Part shown: one piece after another, positions 35,701-44,173 of the stretch | Position numbering within the stretch: position 1 is the first letter of the stretch | Layout of the letters: each line of letters opens with the position of its first letter | Sequence record: NC_048046.1 | Strand: one strand, 5' to 3' | Length of the DNA: 64,000 bases | Program-made: the position numbers and the translations under genes | Notes under the pieces: model-generated | Seen by the model: the letters and a program-made list of their open reading frames with translations, nothing else | What the model was told of the DNA's origin: nothing | Databases searched by the model: none

Positions 35701-36352
35701 GACCCGCAACGTCACCCGCCCGAACACCTTCAATTGGGTGGGCACGGGCAACAACCCGCTGATCGGCTCCGAAATGGAACGCCGCATCTGCTGGATTCGT
35801 CTGAACCGCAAGACCTCCAATATCCAGGAGATCACCTACACCCACGACGACTTGCCGGGCTGGATCGCGGACAACCGCGCGAAGATCATCCGTGCGATCC
35901 TGACCATGATCCAGTATTGGATCGACATCGGCCAACCGACCTTCACCGAACGCAAGCGCGTGTCGTTCGAAGATTGGTCGCGTAAGGTGGGCGGCGTCCT
36001 TCAGGCCTGCGCCGTGGAAGGCTTCCTCGACAACCGTCGCTCGGCGGGCGCGGACATGGACGAAACGGCGATCCGCACCTTCGTCAAGGAGTGGCTGAAG
36101 AAGTTCGGCTTCGAGAAGACCGCGCCGGCGAAGCTGTTCGAGTATGCGACGTCGATGGAACTGGACATCATCGAAGGCAACAACGACGACCAGAAGAAGC
36201 AACGCTTCCCGAAGCGCCTGCACACCCTGGACGGCCGCGTCTTCTCGATCGATAGCGTCGACTACATCGTCCTCACGAACTTCGACGACGACAACAACTT
36301 GGTCTACTCGCTCACTCCGCTGGAAACGGCGCAGGAAGCCGAAGCGGCCTAA
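32750..36352 (+). CDS. large primase-helicase-like protein (about 1200 aa)
   Basis: RYTTHSH, HRVVVPL, DPSRLFYFP primase motifs; CPFDDH...CQHDSC Zn site; C-terminal P-loop-like domain PTPGTGGT, FFDDV, GTGNN. Confidence 0.75.
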   Translation: MTALQDFLSALFAACPESPVPLTVGEDVYEAYSADEIAGVVGAAEEAGEALYTAPITQGLVAFLPAVTENVADPDEWRDATIQPTAVLFRDGIMLSLYALDAAVDLEATPEVQNLFGWMGSDPSDLIPIPDANGWSLVHCDPNVYQTLATLLDAYAPETPVAGAVGAPAEGAPWDEDFGTLNDAHILAYYDPSDAYYAQEMTISIGGNRESKKWVPKTMPIASFVELLSMHREDPKKDGLAFVLAEIVGDQRRKQAVKTCYGVGLDIDVGVSGAQIDAALKEMGCLAVRYTTHSHNKTSTFLNKDRVTKWAAKNGQEELDEESIKRFLREEEDWVPELIETVAYLGDDHRPEGLMIQLEHDPMPKHRVVVPLATPYEVAKIAKTHEEGMRKWNEIPKALARALGDLPLDKAALDPSRLFYFPRHAPGRAHETTIFGGPMLDWATLDLDGAPKDAFEAALEAEISGSNKSGGGSRSTTKEGRDLGRWSIKRAHGFQIVDVIRDYDPDRIRTNGANKIDIECPFDDHHSNPGDPEDKGCFAVNAGDGPSGIFTIKCQHDSCHERTNLDFLGKMLKDGWFEDSVLESDMYNAILDEDDKNIPEAAIKIAAQDDARDEYQVKISALSPESSESDIEDALRALMEADLGPLAQQRAESEIKQNLKINQSTLTRMLKTMRRVVERDRNQSGDYRDPKGRLVFSFQGDFNFDEAVDMCFKALRNTNTKDAEPTFSCVQDKPVRLKRNPKSGRIAFEELPNQAMWSELNTRLTFVKRGDNGDGARQAVPKEVATHVYEQVYNELPQSPEVIYTPLYTNDGALVLHPGYYADLNILMANTRFEIDVPVNPSAEDALAAVDFLKNELLVDFPFLDYDTQGNERREPSEANALAMLLTPFMRRMINGCTPVFFVAKPTPGTGGTLLGKVPMLIFDGAEGAPMGYTQNEEEMRKSLLAAIIETRSHLFFDDVREFNNRVLLQSITAQEIGGRLLGSTRNVTRPNTFNWVGTGNNPLIGSEMERRICWIRLNRKTSNIQEITYTHDDLPGWIADNRAKIIRAILTMIQYWIDIGQPTFTERKRVSFEDWSRKVGGVLQACAVEGFLDNRRSAGADMDETAIRTFVKEWLKKFGFEKTAPAKLFEYATSMELDIIEGNNDDQKKQRFPKRLHTLDGRVFSIDSVDYIVLTNFDDDNNLVYSLTPLETAQEAEAA

Positions 36353-36354
36353 AG

Positions 36355-36386
36355 AAAACCCCGGTGGAGCGATCCACCGGGGTTTT
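36355..36386. terminator. bidirectional intrinsic terminator
   Basis: AAAACCCCGGTGGA-GCGA-TCCACCGGGGTTTT between convergent genes. Confidence 0.8.
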
Positions 36387-36388
36387 GC

Positions 36389-36637
36389 TTAGAGGAAGAC
36401 GATCTCGGGAGGCTTGCCGCGCCGGCGGACGATCTTGATGAGCCCCGCCTTGATCTCGGCGGCAAATTGCTCTTCCAGGGTCTTCTGCTTACCACGCCGG
36501 TGCTTCGACTGGCCCCAGGGCGTCTTGCTCTTGTCGCCACGACGCTTGGGCTCAGAGGGTTGCTCAGGGACAGGCTCGTTGTAGAGGGGCGGAAGGGTCG
36601 AGGACCCCTCCATGCCATTGTAACTCGCCATGCCCAT
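36389..36637 (-). CDS. small basic hypothetical protein (82 aa)
   Basis: coupled to the upstream stop; Lys/Arg-rich. Confidence 0.5.
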   Translation of the reverse strand: MGMASYNGMEGSSTLPPLYNEPVPEQPSEPKRRGDKSKTPWGQSKHRRGKQKTLEEQFAAEIKAGLIKIVRRRGKPPEIVFL

Positions 36638-36876
36638 CAGGGTCGACCTGCCTTGCGGTAGCGACGTTCCGATGCCCACTCGTGGTGAGCGCACGCCAGG
36701 ACGACCCACAAGCCCACGATCGCCGAGATGATCCCGATCACCCACGGAAACGCCAGCGGCGCCGCCAGGAGGATGAACGCGACCCACACGACGGGCCAGG
36801 ACCAAACGAGCGCGCCGGCGAGCTTGAACACCATGATGAACACGGCGGTAATGAAAGCAAGCATACGCATTTCCAA
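36637..36876 (-). CDS. small membrane protein (79 aa)
   Basis: hydrophobic throughout. Confidence 0.55.
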   Translation of the reverse strand: MEMRMLAFITAVFIMVFKLAGALVWSWPVVWVAFILLAAPLAFPWVIGIISAIVGLWVVLACAHHEWASERRYRKAGRP

Positions 36877-36985
36877 TTTGCCTCAAAAGGTATAGGCGCC
36901 AGGATTTACGGCGCCTCGGTATCCTGTGTCAACGCCATACCGCTAAAAGCGTTGACAGCCGACATCGTGAAGGCTACTTCCTGAA

Positions 36986-37600
36986 ATGAGTATTGCAGGA
37001 GTTTCCATGGCTTACGAGGCGGAGGATCACGAGGACGATTCTGTTGCGCAACCCTCTCGTCGCGGCGTCCCTTTGGCGGATGCGGACTTGATCGCTGCAC
37101 AGCCGGCTCGCCGTCGTCTCACCGGACCGACGCTGGCCGCTCTCGAATCCAATCGCGAATCCGTCCTGATCCGCAAGGAAGGGTCGCCCGCGATGCGCTT
37201 TTCTCTGAAGCACGCCGACGTCTATCAGGCGCTCTGGAAGCTGTGGGCCGAAAAGCGCGTCGAGGGGCTTGACGATCCTGGCGTGGCGCTGAGCGACCTG
37301 TACGCGCGCCTCGACGAGCTTGGCCACGCCTATCCTAAGACGACCGTGGCCGCCATGGTGCAAGGCTTCGTACGCAGCGGACTCGCCAGCGTCGTGAGCC
37401 AGTTCGCAGGCTTCGGAGCTACGCGTGCCCGGTACTATCCCTCGGCCGAAGGCATCCAGGCCTTCGCCCTGGCGGCTCATCTCGGCTACGGCGCCATGGT
37501 TCAGGTCGGGCGCTCGGCGTCCGCGTGGGCCAGTCGCAAGGAATCCGAACCCAGCAATCTGTTCCAACATGCCGCGCTGCTCGCGCGCGTCATGCCGTAA
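36986..37600 (+). CDS. hypothetical protein, possibly winged-helix (204 aa)
   Basis: promoter TTGACA(36952)-17-TACTTC upstream; YPKTTVAAMVQGFVRSGLA resembles a wHTH recognition helix. Confidence 0.6.
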   Translation: MSIAGVSMAYEAEDHEDDSVAQPSRRGVPLADADLIAAQPARRRLTGPTLAALESNRESVLIRKEGSPAMRFSLKHADVYQALWKLWAEKRVEGLDDPGVALSDLYARLDELGHAYPKTTVAAMVQGFVRSGLASVVSQFAGFGATRARYYPSAEGIQAFALAAHLGYGAMVQVGRSASAWASRKESEPSNLFQHAALLARVMP

Positions 37601-37617
37601 CTCGGAGAGTGCATGAA

Positions 37618-38052
37618 ATGGCAGAAAACTCGCAGGCCCAAACCAAAACCATCACAGCCCCAGGGCGAGCGCGAGAAGCGCGCGCTGGAAGTGCTGGCCA
37701 AGATGCCAGCGCCGGTAAGGAGGTTCTGACGAAGGAGAGCCTGCGCAAGATCGGTGAAGGGCTAAACGGCCGTCACTGGCAGACCGACATCGCCAGCCGC
37801 CTGGGCGATTCCAAGTCGCAGATGTCGCGGTATCTGAAGGGCGATCGCCAACTCAGCCCCCTGCTACCGCGCCACCTTCAGTTCATCCTGAACCAGCGCA
37901 TCGAAGAGATCGCTGCCCTTCTGAACACTCCAGGGATGCCCTATGCGGGCACCCAGGAGGCCCAGGAGGTGGAGGAGACCATCCGTGCGGCGCTCGGTAA
38001 GATACCGGGGTCTCGACCGCCCCGTAAGCGCGCTGGAGCGACGATCGCGTAA
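37618..38052 (+). CDS. XRE-like HTH transcription regulator (144 aa)
   Basis: WQTDIASRLGDSKSQMSRYLKG helix-turn-helix. Confidence 0.7.
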   Translation: MAENSQAQTKTITAPGRAREARAGSAGQDASAGKEVLTKESLRKIGEGLNGRHWQTDIASRLGDSKSQMSRYLKGDRQLSPLLPRHLQFILNQRIEEIAALLNTPGMPYAGTQEAQEVEETIRAALGKIPGSRPPRKRAGATIA

Positions 38053-38054
38053 CG

Positions 38055-38086
38055 AAAAAGGCCCCGGATCGCTCCGGGGCCTTTCC
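38055..38086. terminator. bidirectional intrinsic terminator
   Basis: AAAAGGCCCCGGA-TCGC-TCCGGGGCCTTT between convergent genes. Confidence 0.75.
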
Positions 38087-38105
38087 TTTAGGATGTCGAA
38101 TCGAC

Positions 38106-38567
38106 CTAGACGCCGGTGGCGATCATCTGCTTCACGTCGTTGCCGTCGATCAGTGCGCGGCCATGCTTCTCGATCAGGTGCTTCATGATCGGGCCGATAG
38201 CCTTGGGCGAGATCGTCACGTCGGCGGCCACGGCAGCTTCCTGGATCGCGCGGCGCAGGTCGTCGCCCTTGACCATCTTCGGCACGAGGCCTTGCAGCAG
38301 AGCGACCTTGGCGGTCAGATCGAGCGCGATCGCCGAATCGGCCGGCAGCGGATCGGTACCGGTTTCCGGGTCGCCAGCCAGCACCTTCTCGTAGGCCTTG
38401 ATCTCGGCGTAGATCGCCGTGAGCGCATCGTCATCCGACGGCTCACGCAGCTTCGTCTTGGCGGCCGACTGAGCGTTCGACAGCACCATTGACAGGAACG
38501 CCGCGTAGAGCCCCTTTTCCTTGCGCTGTGCGAGCGAGGCGTCTTGCAGGTTTTTCAGGGTGCCCAT
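38106..38567 (-). CDS. GatB/YqeY-domain protein
   Basis: helical pattern SDDDALTAIYAEIK...LVPKM...IGPIMKHL...GNDVKQ matches YqeY. Confidence 0.7.
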   Translation of the reverse strand: MGTLKNLQDASLAQRKEKGLYAAFLSMVLSNAQSAAKTKLREPSDDDALTAIYAEIKAYEKVLAGDPETGTDPLPADSAIALDLTAKVALLQGLVPKMVKGDDLRRAIQEAAVAADVTISPKAIGPIMKHLIEKHGRALIDGNDVKQMIATGV

Positions 38568-38578
38568 GATATCCTCTT

Positions 38579-39148
38579 CTAGGCAGCCGCCGGCAGACGC
38601 TGATAGCTCTTCCAGACGGCGAGATCGTAGTCGGACGGAGTTTGGCCGGCGGCGTCTGCCAGGGTCAGGAACTCCAATTCGAGGCGACGGTACTCACGGG
38701 CCGACCCCGGCGTGACGAGAGGCGCTTCCACGCCGTTCGCGCGCAGGTGCTTCAGCACGTGAGTGTCGATCGCCGCGAGACGCTGGTCGGGACGGCTGTG
38801 CATGAGGAACATGCGCGCCGTCTTCGGCCCGACACCGTGGATCGCCTCGAAGGCTTCCAGCGGATCGGAACGCAGGTCTAGCTTAAGGCTCTCGACAAAG
38901 CAACGGTGAAGTCGAGAATACTGGCCGAGCCGCGACGCCTGGAGACGCTCCATCAATTCACCATCGGTCCAGGATCGGGCCATGGCGTCGAAGGGGCGCT
39001 CGTAGGGCGGCAGGGACCGGATGAAGTTCTCCAGCAGCCGTGCTTGCGTCGCGGCGGTCTTACCCGCCACGACGGTGCAGAACAGCCAGAACTCTTCGAG
39101 TTCCGCGTCAGAGCGATCGAACTTGATGACGTCGGTGGGGTCGATCAC
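38579..39148 (-). CDS. HhH-GPD DNA glycosylase (Ogg-like)
   Basis: HhH IHGVGPKTARMFL followed by AAIDTHVL; GTGA overlap with the ligase stop. Confidence 0.8.
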   Translation of the reverse strand: MIDPTDVIKFDRSDAELEEFWLFCTVVAGKTAATQARLLENFIRSLPPYERPFDAMARSWTDGELMERLQASRLGQYSRLHRCFVESLKLDLRSDPLEAFEAIHGVGPKTARMFLMHSRPDQRLAAIDTHVLKHLRANGVEAPLVTPGSAREYRRLELEFLTLADAAGQTPSDYDLAVWKSYQRLPAAA

Positions 39149-40332
39149 AGGACGCGCTCTTCCCCATGCCACTTGGTGGCGACGCCCATACGAGGGACGC
39201 CGGTACCGCCCTGGGTCAGGCCGAAATACTTGATCGTGACGATCTTGTGGTCCGCATGCAGCAGATCACGCAGCCACTGATCCTTCTTGCCCTTGATGCC
39301 GGCCTCGAACTCGCGGCCGTCATCCATGACGCAAACGACCCGCTTGGCGAAGCCGGCGTAGTTGCCCTTGCCTTCTTCGATGCGCAGCACGGCGAACTCG
39401 GCGTCATCGAAGGTCTTGATCTTGATCACCGACCAGGAACGCTTGGCCTTCTCATACGGCAGGTGGAGGCGACCGATGCCGCCCTCATACCCGTCCTCGA
39501 CGGCCTGGGCGGTCAGTTCCAGCAGATGTTCTTCGCTCTCGACCTTCGTGGTCTTGACGCACTCGATCGGGTGCGCCCACAGGCCCATGTCGGCGAACGT
39601 CGTGTAGAGTTGATAGCTCCGATAGCCGAAGCCCTCGTGCTCGCCGGCGCCAGGGAAGTCGTAGATGTGGTACTGAACCTTGGAGACGACCTCGGCGATG
39701 TGCTCGTCGGTGATGCCCTTCTGCTTCTTCAGCAGAGAGCCCAGCTTCTCGAACTCGTCCTTCAGGTCATGATTGTACAGTTCGCCGTGCAGCACCGCAT
39801 CCGGGTAGCGCTCGAAGAACGGCGCCAGAGCCTGGATGATGTGCGGCGCCGTCAGGATCGGGAGGCCTTCGCGAGACTGGAGACCCTTGGCGGTCGCGAT
39901 GCAGCAGTAGCCATCCAGCTTCGGCTGGAAGTAGACGCCGGTCTCCGTCGGGCCGAGCACAGCGCCGGCCTTGGCGAGGCGCGCCGTCCACTTTTCCCAG
40001 GTCGTGTCCTTCCAGCCCTCGGCGAGCATCGGGAGGTAGTTGCGCGGCGGACCGTTGGCTTCTTCCGGCGTCTCGTAGTAGTCGCGATCGAGCGCCTTCT
40101 TGTAGAGGGCGGCGACCTCCTTGACGGCCTGCTCCTCGGGCGTGGTTTGGGCCTTACCCTTCCCCTTCGAGACGCATTCGGTCCAGGCGTTCTCGACCAG
40201 CGAGCCGCCATCGAAGCCGGCGACGACGCGATGCTTGTGGCCCTGGCGTTCCATGTACCAGACGCGCATCTTGCCGCCGGCATCCTTCTTGTAGATCGAG
40301 CGCCCGCGTTCGATCGGCAGTTCTTCAGTCAT
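39145..40332 (-). CDS. ATP-dependent DNA ligase
   Basis: QPKLDG adenylation motif, HGELY, YHIYD, YEGGI, KIK, OB-fold C-terminus. Confidence 0.9.
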   Translation of the reverse strand: MTEELPIERGRSIYKKDAGGKMRVWYMERQGHKHRVVAGFDGGSLVENAWTECVSKGKGKAQTTPEEQAVKEVAALYKKALDRDYYETPEEANGPPRNYLPMLAEGWKDTTWEKWTARLAKAGAVLGPTETGVYFQPKLDGYCCIATAKGLQSREGLPILTAPHIIQALAPFFERYPDAVLHGELYNHDLKDEFEKLGSLLKKQKGITDEHIAEVVSKVQYHIYDFPGAGEHEGFGYRSYQLYTTFADMGLWAHPIECVKTTKVESEEHLLELTAQAVEDGYEGGIGRLHLPYEKAKRSWSVIKIKTFDDAEFAVLRIEEGKGNYAGFAKRVVCVMDDGREFEAGIKGKKDQWLRDLLHADHKIVTIKYFGLTQGGTGVPRMGVATKWHGEERVL

Positions 40333-40341
40333 GTCGTTCCC

Positions 40342-40749
40342 CTACTGCGGCCACCACTTGATGGTGTATTCACCATCGGCCTCGATCTCGATGTCGCCGA
40401 CCGGCACGCCGGCCTTGTGACAGATGTCCATCATGTTGAGCGTCCCGTTCCCGCCGGGAAAACCCAGGCACTCATCCACTGCCGACTGCTCGTCGAACAT
40501 GCGCTGGTTGCGATTGAACGGAGCCTTTTCGCGGTACCCGTCAAGGTCACCCCGGATAGGGACGCGGCGCTCGCGATGCCCACGGAAAACGGCCCACTGC
40601 CCGGCCCACTGATCGGTGTAAACCGCGTCGCCATGGACGATGGTGATCGGCTTGACCCAATCCTTGGAACGTTCATCAAGGATGCGCCACACGCGACCCT
40701 TGGTCAGGTTCCGGCCGACACGTCCGCCGGCGACGATAACGACCGTCAT
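40342..40749 (-). CDS. SLOG/YspA-like (DUF2493) protein
   Basis: VIVAGGR, IVHGDA, RNQRM, FPGGNGTLNM. Confidence 0.75.
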   Translation of the reverse strand: MTVVIVAGGRVGRNLTKGRVWRILDERSKDWVKPITIVHGDAVYTDQWAGQWAVFRGHRERRVPIRGDLDGYREKAPFNRNQRMFDEQSAVDECLGFPGGNGTLNMMDICHKAGVPVGDIEIEADGEYTIKWWPQ

Positions 40750-41264
40750 AGACCGCCTACCCCGTAGAAGTTGTGATCGTCGATGAACTCGTTGGAGACT
40801 ACACGGTCCGGGTACACCCCGCCGCCATAGGTGCGCATGCGCGCCGTCGAGAAGCGCTGATGCTCCCGCTCAGCCAGGGCCTTACCCTCCAGCATCGCCT
40901 CACCGAGTTGAGCCAGAGTCGAGCCATTATCGGATTCGCGTTGCAACACCTTCTGAAGCTCTGCCAGCCGGTCAGGCAGGTTGGAACCCTTGGCGTCCAG
41001 CCACTCTTTGATTCGAGCGGCGGGCAACGTGTAGACCTCACCTTCGAAGGCCCAGGCCTCATCACGCTCATCCCACGTCCAATCGACATCGTTGACGGCC
41101 GCGAGGACACCCATCGGGTCGTAGGTGTTGTCGCCGCTGCGCAGGACACCTACGCCGCCCAGGTAGGCTCCGCTAGTGAGAGCGCCGGCCCACATGACCC
41201 AGGCGCTGTCACACGGCTTGATCAAGTTGTAGAGCGAGGACAGTTCGGTAGTGAAGGTCGACAT
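40746..41264 (-). CDS. hypothetical protein (172 aa)
   Basis: start at ATG 41264 coupled to the upstream stop. Confidence 0.6.
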   Translation of the reverse strand: MSTFTTELSSLYNLIKPCDSAWVMWAGALTSGAYLGGVGVLRSGDNTYDPMGVLAAVNDVDWTWDERDEAWAFEGEVYTLPAARIKEWLDAKGSNLPDRLAELQKVLQRESDNGSTLAQLGEAMLEGKALAEREHQRFSTARMRTYGGGVYPDRVVSNEFIDDHNFYGVGGL

Positions 41265-41989
41265 CAGAAAGGCTTCCGAGGGAATTGAACTCGTGTTTGG
41301 TCGCGGGACGCCATGTCCGCCCACGCCGCCATATCCTTGTAAGTCTTGAACCGAATATGGAATTCGTAGCTGCTATGCGGTGCCGGCCACCTATATGGGT
41401 CCGCCAGCAGTCTCGCCTCGAACTCAACTCCGCGCAATGAGAAGGTCAGGATAACATTAGGTCCGTGTTGGACCGCTTCTCGGGCACGATAGAGAAGCTC
41501 GCCGTTCTCATAGTCCTTGATGGCCTGGACCTTAGCATAGGATACAGTCTCGCAGCGCGGGCCGAAAATCCAATGGGCGGCAAGGTCTGCATCACGGAAA
41601 TGAGGTAGAATGACCTCGCCCGCACCGTAGTGGGGAGTGCTTCGCATCGCCTCCATGAAGGCTTGCACGAAGTTGTAGTCACCCTGACCGCCGCGATAGG
41701 AGGCGGTATCCGTGAGCATCCGATCTAGTTCTTTCTTGATGTCTATCATCTGGGTAATCGACTGATCCATGACAGCGGGATCGATATACTGAAACTTGAA
41801 GCCTGCAACCGAGTCATACGATGTTTTGCGGTCGATACGCGATTTGGCCTGATAGGCGGATGCCACCGACCAGACTGGAGGTAGAATGTAGGCTGGCTGA
41901 GGTGTGTCGAGATTCTTGATCACGCCGATCTGGTTGAGCCCCTTCTTCAAGAATGGCACCAAAGCAGCCGCGAGTGCTGAGGACGCCAT
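41264..41989 (-). CDS. hypothetical protein (241 aa), AT-richer codons
   Basis: TAATG coupling at 41989. Confidence 0.6.
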   Translation of the reverse strand: MASSALAAALVPFLKKGLNQIGVIKNLDTPQPAYILPPVWSVASAYQAKSRIDRKTSYDSVAGFKFQYIDPAVMDQSITQMIDIKKELDRMLTDTASYRGGQGDYNFVQAFMEAMRSTPHYGAGEVILPHFRDADLAAHWIFGPRCETVSYAKVQAIKDYENGELLYRAREAVQHGPNVILTFSLRGVEFEARLLADPYRWPAPHSSYEFHIRFKTYKDMAAWADMASRDQTRVQFPRKPF

Positions 41990-42513
41990 TACGCCTCCGG
42001 GCGCCAGACGAACGGTTTGGTGTCGCGAGGGATGCGATGAAGACCGCGCGCCAGGGGATGCTTGGGATAGCCGTCCTTGGTGACGCCGAAGCACATCACG
42101 TCCAGGCCAGTACGCTCGATCATCTCGGCGACTTGCTCGGCGCGTCCCAAGTAATCCCCGTTAGCACCCCAGGCCGCGACCACCATACCGCCGTACTCCG
42201 AGATGGAGTCGAACAGTTCATTCAAGGTGCGGTCGTTATCGGGGCCGACGGGATCGGCGGCCTGCTTGAGCACCTTCGGGTGCGGCGAGCGGAAGGCGAA
42301 AAGGTTCACGACGCGGATCGCGCCAAAGCCGTTACGGCGGGCGAAGTCGATGCACGCGAGGATCGTGGGATCATCCTTCTCGTGGTCAGCGGTGCTCGGA
42401 TTGAGCATCACCCAGACCATCTCCGGGAGGCTATGATCCCAGCCTCGCACCAGATCGTAGCGGAAGGTCCCACACAGGGACAGCGTAGCGGAGGTGTATC
42501 GGGGCGCCGTCAT
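41989..42513 (-). CDS. DUF1643-family protein
   Basis: RYDLVRGW, VMLNPSTAD, DDPTI, VNLFAFRS, AAWG, PKHPL. Confidence 0.85.
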   Translation of the reverse strand: MTAPRYTSATLSLCGTFRYDLVRGWDHSLPEMVWVMLNPSTADHEKDDPTILACIDFARRNGFGAIRVVNLFAFRSPHPKVLKQAADPVGPDNDRTLNELFDSISEYGGMVVAAWGANGDYLGRAEQVAEMIERTGLDVMCFGVTKDGYPKHPLARGLHRIPRDTKPFVWRPEA

Positions 42514-42559
42514 GACTGGCAATTAACGATGCGCCATGTCGGCTGTCAACTCTTAAAGC

Positions 42560-42745
42560 GGAGGCCGGCAGCCCTAAGCAACTGCCGGCCCCGTTCCCAG
42601 GTCTTGCACCCCTTCGCCGGTTCGTCTTTCGACCCCGGAGCGCCCCGGAGGGATGCCTGTGTCCGCCCGTTGACCTGGACGGATTTCGGTTCCTTAGGGC
42701 CATGATGAAGCCCTAGGGACTAGGAGTCCGGCGCTCCGAAACTCA
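42560..42745 (-). ncRNA. candidate structured RNA in an intergenic region
   Basis: long-range CGGAGCGCC/GGCGCTCCG helix enclosing two hairpins, GTC-GAAA-GAC, GGTGCAAGACC T-loop-like hairpin, 9-bp GGCCGGCAG/CTGCCGGCC stem. Confidence 0.5.
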
Positions 42746-42750
42746 ATCTC

Positions 42751-43086
42751 TCATGCCAAGCCGGCGAAACGCAAGACCGTCTTGAACAGTCGCGCGTGTA
42801 GCGGCTTGGTCAGCTTTTCCCCGAACTGATAGTTGCGCGTGGCTTCCCATCACTCCGGGTCGGCCGCCAGCAGGAATTCGACGTAGGTTCTAGGATCGAC
42901 CTCCCAATAAGGCCCCTCAGGCGTACGCGGCGGACGAATGTGGAAGCCTGTAGGGATGTGGATGATCAGCCCATCATCCGTCCATCCCAGCAGATCGTTC
43001 AGCACGGTGCCGCGTTTGCGTGCCTCGCCGAAATGGGTACGAATCAGCTTTCGCTGCTCCTGCACCGGCTTACTCGACCGGGCCAT
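42751..43086 (-). pseudogene. hypothetical gene interrupted by an in-frame TGA at 42850-42852 (nonsense mutation or readthrough)
   Basis: frame continues ...DPE*WEATRNYQFGEKLTKPLHARLFKTVLRFAGLA* with 25 of 32 G/C third positions. Confidence 0.55.
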
Positions 43087-43321
43087 TCATCTTCGCCTGT
43101 TGAACCAGCCGCTGGTTCGCTTCCAAGAACTTGCGCGCATCGTCGGCACCCTGCTGAAGACGCTCCTCAGAGAAGTTGGACGGATGGTCGTTGATGCCTG
43201 CCATGGTCAGGGCGTCAATGACGTCCATCGTGTCGTATTCACGGAACAGAGCACGGATCGCCGGAGGTGCGTCATCGATCCGTTCATCACTCAGCGCCGG
43301 GTTGGCGCGGCCGTCAGTCAA
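43070..43321 (-). CDS. hypothetical protein (83 aa)
   Basis: operon-packed ORF. Confidence 0.55.
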   Translation of the reverse strand: MTDGRANPALSDERIDDAPPAIRALFREYDTMDVIDALTMAGINDHPSNFSEERLQQGADDARKFLEANQRLVQQAKMNGPVE

Positions 43322-43757
43322 CGTTCAGGCCCTTTTCCTTGTCGATGCGGATGGCTTCGGCCACCGTCCCGCGCCGGTAGTTGTTCCAGTGCTGGTTGTC
43401 GACAAAGCGATTGTTCGGGCCGGTGCGCATAATGTGCAGGTTCTCGGGTATTTCCAGGCCGTGATCCCGCTGCGCCTCTTCCACCAGAGCGAAGAACTTA
43501 GCCTGCCAGTCCGGCGGCATTTCCTGAAGCGAAAGACGTGGGATCGCCAGCCAGGATGCTCGGGTCAAGCCGAAGTAGTAGTCGGCCGGGGGATCGAGCA
43601 TGATCGCGCCGTCGAAATTGTAATGCACCGGGAAGCCATGCTCGTTGACGACTGAGTGCGAGTGGCGCATCCAGTCGTTCCAGCGGTGGTCGATATAGTC
43701 CTTCGGCTTCTGGACAGTGCCGGCGTCCACGATGACGTCGTCGGGAGCGATACCCAT
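43314..43757 (-). CDS. hypothetical protein (147 aa)
   Basis: AGGAG RBS, ATG. Confidence 0.65.
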   Translation of the reverse strand: MGIAPDDVIVDAGTVQKPKDYIDHRWNDWMRHSHSVVNEHGFPVHYNFDGAIMLDPPADYYFGLTRASWLAIPRLSLQEMPPDWQAKFFALVEEAQRDHGLEIPENLHIMRTGPNNRFVDNQHWNNYRRGTVAEAIRIDKEKGLNVD

Positions 43758-43769
43758 GGTCTTCTCCTG

Positions 43770-43991
43770 TTACCAGCCCACAGCCTTACTCAATTCCGGC
43801 GACCAGCCGCCGGCCTCACGGAAACGCACCATGATGCGGTCCATGATCGCGGCCTCGCGCTCCAGAACCGCTTCGAAGGCGTGTTCATCGCGTCCCGCCG
43901 CCGACATGCCCGGAGAGGGCAAGTGGCGCGCCCACCTCGCTAGCTGGAAGTGAGAGGCGGTTTCGACGGCTTCGAGTTCGGGGTAGGTCAC
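43770..43991 (-). CDS. hypothetical protein (73 aa)
   Basis: overlapping stop/start. Confidence 0.55.
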   Translation of the reverse strand: MTYPELEAVETASHFQLARWARHLPSPGMSAAGRDEHAFEAVLEREAAIMDRIMVRFREAGGWSPELSKAVGW

Positions 43992-44173
43992 GATTTCACC
44001 GGCGTGTAGTGGTAGCTGGTGTACTGGCTGTCGCCACCCGTGGTACGGGTCAGCAGGCCGCGCTCGACCAGATCGTCCGCCTCGCCGAGGTAGTCGGCGT
44101 TGTGGTGGGAATCGATGTAGAAGGCACCCGTCAGCATCTGCTTCTGGACGATCGTCAGGTCTTCAGAGGTCAT
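43988..44173 (-). CDS. hypothetical protein (61 aa)
   Basis: ATGA overlap at 44170-44173. Confidence 0.5.
   Translation of the reverse strand: MTSEDLTIVQKQMLTGAFYIDSHHNADYLGEADDLVERGLLTRTTGGDSQYTSYHYTPVKS

Noticed and set aside
42745-42850. 35-aa ORF starting at the TGATG overlap (MGSHAQ...)
   Set aside because: Mostly A/T third positions, unlike phage genes; the other frame fits codon usage much better
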